Positions 26,282 through 29,174 of a DNA stretch of 29,174 bases are shown here, piece by piece. Within the stretch, counting starts at the first letter, position 1, and each line of letters starts with the position of its first letter. A program made the position numbers and the translations under genes. Origin of the DNA: Bryobacterales bacterium (lineage in GTDB: Bacteria > Acidobacteriota > Terriglobia > Bryobacterales > UBA6623); NCBI GenBank assembly GCA_047516085.1, contig JAKZVK010000965.1, positions 1-29,174 on the forward strand, given 5' to 3'. A model generated the notes under the pieces. The model was not told where the DNA came from. It saw only the letters and a program-made list of their open reading frames with translations, and searched no databases.

Positions 26282-26413
26282 GTTGCCGACTCGCTAGCGG
26301 AGCGGGACGGTTTTAGCAAGAGCAAGGGCCTGCTGCTTTGGCTGCGTCACTATCTCGAAGCCGAATCGGCCACACGCGCCTGGCCGAGAGCCTGGGTGAG
26401 GTTTGAACGACTC
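26282..26413 (+). pseudogene. Sulfotransferase-family protein, internal/C-terminal fragment
   Basis: VADSLAERDGFSKSKGLLLWLRHYLEAESATRAWPRAWVRFERL, recognised as the 3'-PB-adjacent region of the family whose N-terminus lies on the opposite strand. Confidence 0.7.
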
Positions 26414-26447
26414 TCGTCGTCGTCGGCCGAGGAGATGATTAAGCCGG

Positions 26448-26942
26448 TCAGAGCGGTACTGGGACAAGCTGGGCCAGTCGTTTTCTGGCTTCATCCGCCG
26501 GCCCTCCCAGGAAACACTGCTCGGGCAGCGGGCGAGGGTCACTCCAAGTTCGACCAATGGCGTGGAGAAACTCCTCATGAGTCTCAACAATCCCCCGTGG
26601 CACCCAATTCCCCTTTGGATTGTCTTTGCTCGGTGGGATCGGGTCTGATGGCAAACAGCATCGCAGGTTCATCAGAATACGCGTAACGGCCGACGTGCCA
26701 GTCCGGTGCATGCCCGCCACGACGATTCCTTCGTTCCCTTGGCTGGCTGGTTCAGGCCGGTCAACGTGATCGTCGGGGCGTGCTCCGTCAGCCCCGTTTT
26801 GAGGTGCCTTCGCGGACGGCAGAACCCTAACCTTCCCACGATCAGCGCTGCGACCACGCGGCATTAGTCCCCTAGTGCGGTCTACCATTCTCGTCGGCGC
26901 ACATGTCTCTTTGAGCGGCGGGCAACGCACAGCGTAGCGCAC
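26448..26942 (-). pseudogene. Sulfotransferase-family protein, N-terminal fragment
   Basis: IVVAGMHRTGTSAVTRIL (5'-PSB loop), DNPKG.W; ends about 90 residues into the domain. Confidence 0.8.
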
Positions 26943-26968
26943 TGAAAAGAACCCGGGCCATCACAGAG

Positions 26969-27160
26969 TTGCCCAATTCAAAGATGATCCTGAACGGGAG
27001 GAGTGTTTCCAATACAAGATGATCCTGAGAATACGGTGGTCGGGTCAGGGCACGCCGCGGGTGAATGCTAGCGAGTCACCATGCAGAATGCTCAAGGTCT
27101 CAGGCTGGGGCAGATGCGAGAGTTTATGGCTACCAGCGGCAGCCTCGCCTTCGGTGGTGC
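26969..27160 (+). mobile_element. Left end and first codons of an integrase-core (ISNCY-like) transposase element, remnant
   Basis: Tandem repeats CCAAT..AAGATGATCCTGA (AAGATGATCCTGA at 26981-93 and 27016-28), then ATG 27081 MQNAQGLRLGQMREFMATSGSLAFGG, which resembles from memory the N-terminus of these transposases. Confidence 0.55.
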
Positions 27161-27189
27161 CGGAACGATGCGGCCTTTGCTAAGCTGTC

Positions 27190-27536
27190 CTTGGCAGTTC
27201 ACCGAGGCGGCGGCTCGTTACTACCGCATGAAGGTCGACCCGGGCGTGGACGAGCGCCACGACGTCGACACATCGACCCGGGCGGCGACGCGCTGCATGC
27301 CTGAACTCATCTTGAACTTTGGCTCAGGCAGTTCGGTCATGCTTGCCATGGCTGCTTACAACTTGGCCTCCACCACAGTAAGACGCGCCACGCGTCGTGC
27401 GGAAGACCCAATCAAACAGCGTAACCCCTGGTATCTGTGCTGTGTCCGCGCCCTGCCCGCCGAGACGCGCAAGTACGTTCCGAAGATCGTTGCTGCCATC
27501 ATCATCGCACGCAACCTCGAACGCTTCGGCTTCTGA
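27190..27536 (+). pseudogene. Lytic transglycosylase (SLT, MltD-like) C-terminal fragment, degenerate
   Basis: WQF, VDERHD..STRAA, LAMAAYN, LPAETRKYVPKIVAAIII..N..FGF; catalytic ES motif and N-terminus absent. Confidence 0.8.
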
Positions 27537-27559
27537 GCGTGGCCGCTGCAGGCAAAGGC

Positions 27560-27853
27560 ATGAGCCCGACCCCTAGCTATGAGGAGCGACTCGCTGACGG
27601 GATCGTCCGCACTCTGAGGCCCCGCTCGGTGCGGGTGGTGGGCGGAGATGCGGATCGGCTTACCGCGTGCCTGCGGCAGAGGGGTGTCGAGGCCGCGGGG
27701 GCGCCGTTCCCATCGAAGCCAACCGGATCTGAGCCGGTGCCTCCGGCCTCGTTAGTGCTCTGGACCGAAGGAGGCTGCGAAGCGGGCGGCGTTACTTTGC
27801 AGGACGTAGTGGCTAGCCGCGCGCATTGCCGAACGGGCCGGGGTTCCGTTTGA
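27560..27853 (+). pseudogene. Possible methyltransferase-like N-terminal fragment
   Basis: LADGIVRTLRPRSV...LRQRGVEAAG resembles class I methyltransferase N-termini; weak. Confidence 0.35.
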
Positions 27854-28072
27854 AGCCGACGGCCTCGCCGAGTCGCCGGTCCCCGCGAATGACTTGGACC
27901 GTTTGGCGGATCACCTTTGGATCACCCGTGGGCAAGCCCTGGTCGTCTGTGGCGAGCAGGATGCCGCCGCGCAGGTGCTGTGCAACTTCATCAACCAACA
28001 GCTCGGCAGCTACGGTTCGACTATCGATCTCGAGCAGCCGTCTCGCCAGCGGCAGGGCAGTGACCGCGACCT
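27810..28072 (+). pseudogene. Internal fragment of a molybdopterin-oxidoreductase-like subunit (alternative complex III ActB-like)
   Basis: LDRLADHLWITRGQALVVCGEQDAAAQVLCNFINQQLGSYGSTIDLEQPSRQRQGSD, starting after an in-frame TAG (27807-09). Confidence 0.65.
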
Positions 28073-28665
28073 TCCTCGACCTGGCCAAGGAAACGGAAGC
28101 GACCAAGAAGCTCTACGGGCTCGATTCCGAAGACAAGCCGAAACGGCTGTACGGATTGCAGTGCCTGCGGGCGCGGCGGCTGGTCGAGTCCGGCGTGCGG
28201 TTCGTCGAGGTGACGTGCCCGAACCTGTTCGGCATGAACGGCACCTGGGATCAGCACACCGGTCTCAAGAAGGACCACGAAAAGAACGCCTTCGTCACCG
28301 ATCAGGCCATCGCGGCGCTGATCGAGGACCTCAAGTCACGAGGCCTCTTCGACCAGACGCTGCTGGTGTGGTCGGGCGAGTTCGGGCGCACGCGCGACAC
28401 CGGCAACGGCGACGGACGCGACCACCATCCATTCTGCTTCACGATCTGGATGGCCGGTGGCGGCGTCAAGGGCGGCGTCACCTACGGCGAGACGGACGAG
28501 TTGGGCGACCAAGTCGCGACCAACCCCGTCACCATCCACGATCTACACGCCACGATCCTGCACCTGCTCGGCCTCGACCACGAGAAACTCACCTACAACT
28601 TCGGCGGCCGCGAGCAGCGCCTCACCGACGTCCACGGCCGAGTCGTGCACGAGATTCTGGCCTAG
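28069..28665 (+). pseudogene. DUF1501-family protein, C-terminal fragment
   Basis: LYG...QCLRARRLVESGVRFV, WDQH, GEFGRT, GRDHH, WMAGGGVKGG..YGETDE, DLHATILHLLG.DH; 5' half missing. Confidence 0.9.
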
Positions 28666-29174
28666 AGCCCCCCGTCGATTGTGAGGTTCGGAAGTCGAAC
28701 TATCAGCGCTTTGACCTGTTCGCCCCTCACATTCGTGCTACTGAGGTCGAGCGACTGGAGGCTGGTGAGGCCTTGGAGTGGGGCCAGGTCTTCCACCGCC
28801 GTGCCCCTGATGTCGAGCGACTGGAGGCTGGTGAGGTCTTGGAGTGGGGTCAGGTTCGTCACCGCCGTGCGCCTGAGGTCGAGCGACTGGAGGCTGGTGA
28901 GGCCTTGAAGCGTGGTCAGATCCGTCACCAGCGTGAAGCTGAGGTCGAGCGACTGGAGGCTTGTGAGGTCTTGAAGAGGAGTTAGGTCCGTCACCTTGGT
29001 CTGCATGAGGTTGAGCGACTCGAGGCTGGTGAGGCCTTGAAGCGGGGTCAGGTCCGTCACGTTGGTCTGCATGAGGTTGAGCGACTCGAGGCTGGTGAGG
29101 CCTTGGAGTCGGGTCAGGTCCGTCACGTTGGTCTGCATGAGGTTGAGCGACTCGAGGCTGGTGAGGCCTTGGAG
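28662..29174 (-). CDS. Internalin-like leucine-rich repeat protein, 3' part
   Basis: 22-aa repeats LTPLQGLTSLESLNLMQTNVTD (66-nt period), C-cap VKALIVRLPNLTI; frame open to the window edge; stop overlaps the DUF1501 stop at a shared CTAG. Confidence 0.92.
   Translation of the reverse strand, partial: LQGLTSLESLNLMQTNVTDLTRLQGLTSLESLNLMQTNVTDLTPLQGLTSLESLNLMQTKVTDLTPLQDLTSLQSLDLSFTLVTDLTTLQGLTSLQSLDLRRTAVTNLTPLQDLTSLQSLDIRGTAVEDLAPLQGLTSLQSLDLSSTNVRGEQVKALIVRLPNLTIDGGL

Noticed and set aside
27894-28985. 363-aa ORF with VERLEAGE repeats as one gene
   Set aside because: Only the first about 60 codons are the ActB-like fragment; the rest is an off-frame reading of DUF1501 and the antisense of the LRR repeats.
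28700-29174. 66-nt repeats as CRISPR or DGR template/variable repeats
   Set aside because: They encode in-frame LRR units; no reverse transcriptase and no adenine-specific variation pattern were seen.

Overview
High-GC bacterial window. Its gene repertoire (MIGxTISHY-type Ser/Thr kinases, CarboxypepD_reg-type TonB receptor, DUF1501, BNR and PQQ-propeller proteins) resembles Acidobacteriota (Bryobacterales-like); that assignment is inference. An ordinary core block (lolD-like ABC ATPase, aroK, SDR, Lon-N protein, TonB receptor, class III aminotransferase; about 11.5-18.5 kb) is flanked by rearranged accessory DNA. Left side: two tandem Tat-signal FMN alpha-hydroxy-acid oxidase paralogues (one lacks the substrate-binding residues), an enolase-superfamily gene, a TM-TolB-like-TPR gene, an IS110-family element (about 7016-8521) whose 3' non-coding region holds a stem-loop with a 10-nt copy of its own insertion site (bridge/seek-RNA signature), a Tat BNR protein, and a truncated kinase preceded by a paralogous kinase N-terminus fused to a REP-like tandem array. 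Right side: a serine hydrolase split by a 112-bp CTAG-flanked MITE, a toxin-antitoxin cluster with three higA copies in which only ParE remains an intact toxin, a YkvI-family membrane protein, an M19 dipeptidase, a 2.4-kb mosaic of unrelated gene fragments including an inverted sulfotransferase, and the 3' end of an internalin-like LRR gene. No rRNA, tRNA or CRISPR array was seen. All family calls come from motif recognition by eye; no database search was run.
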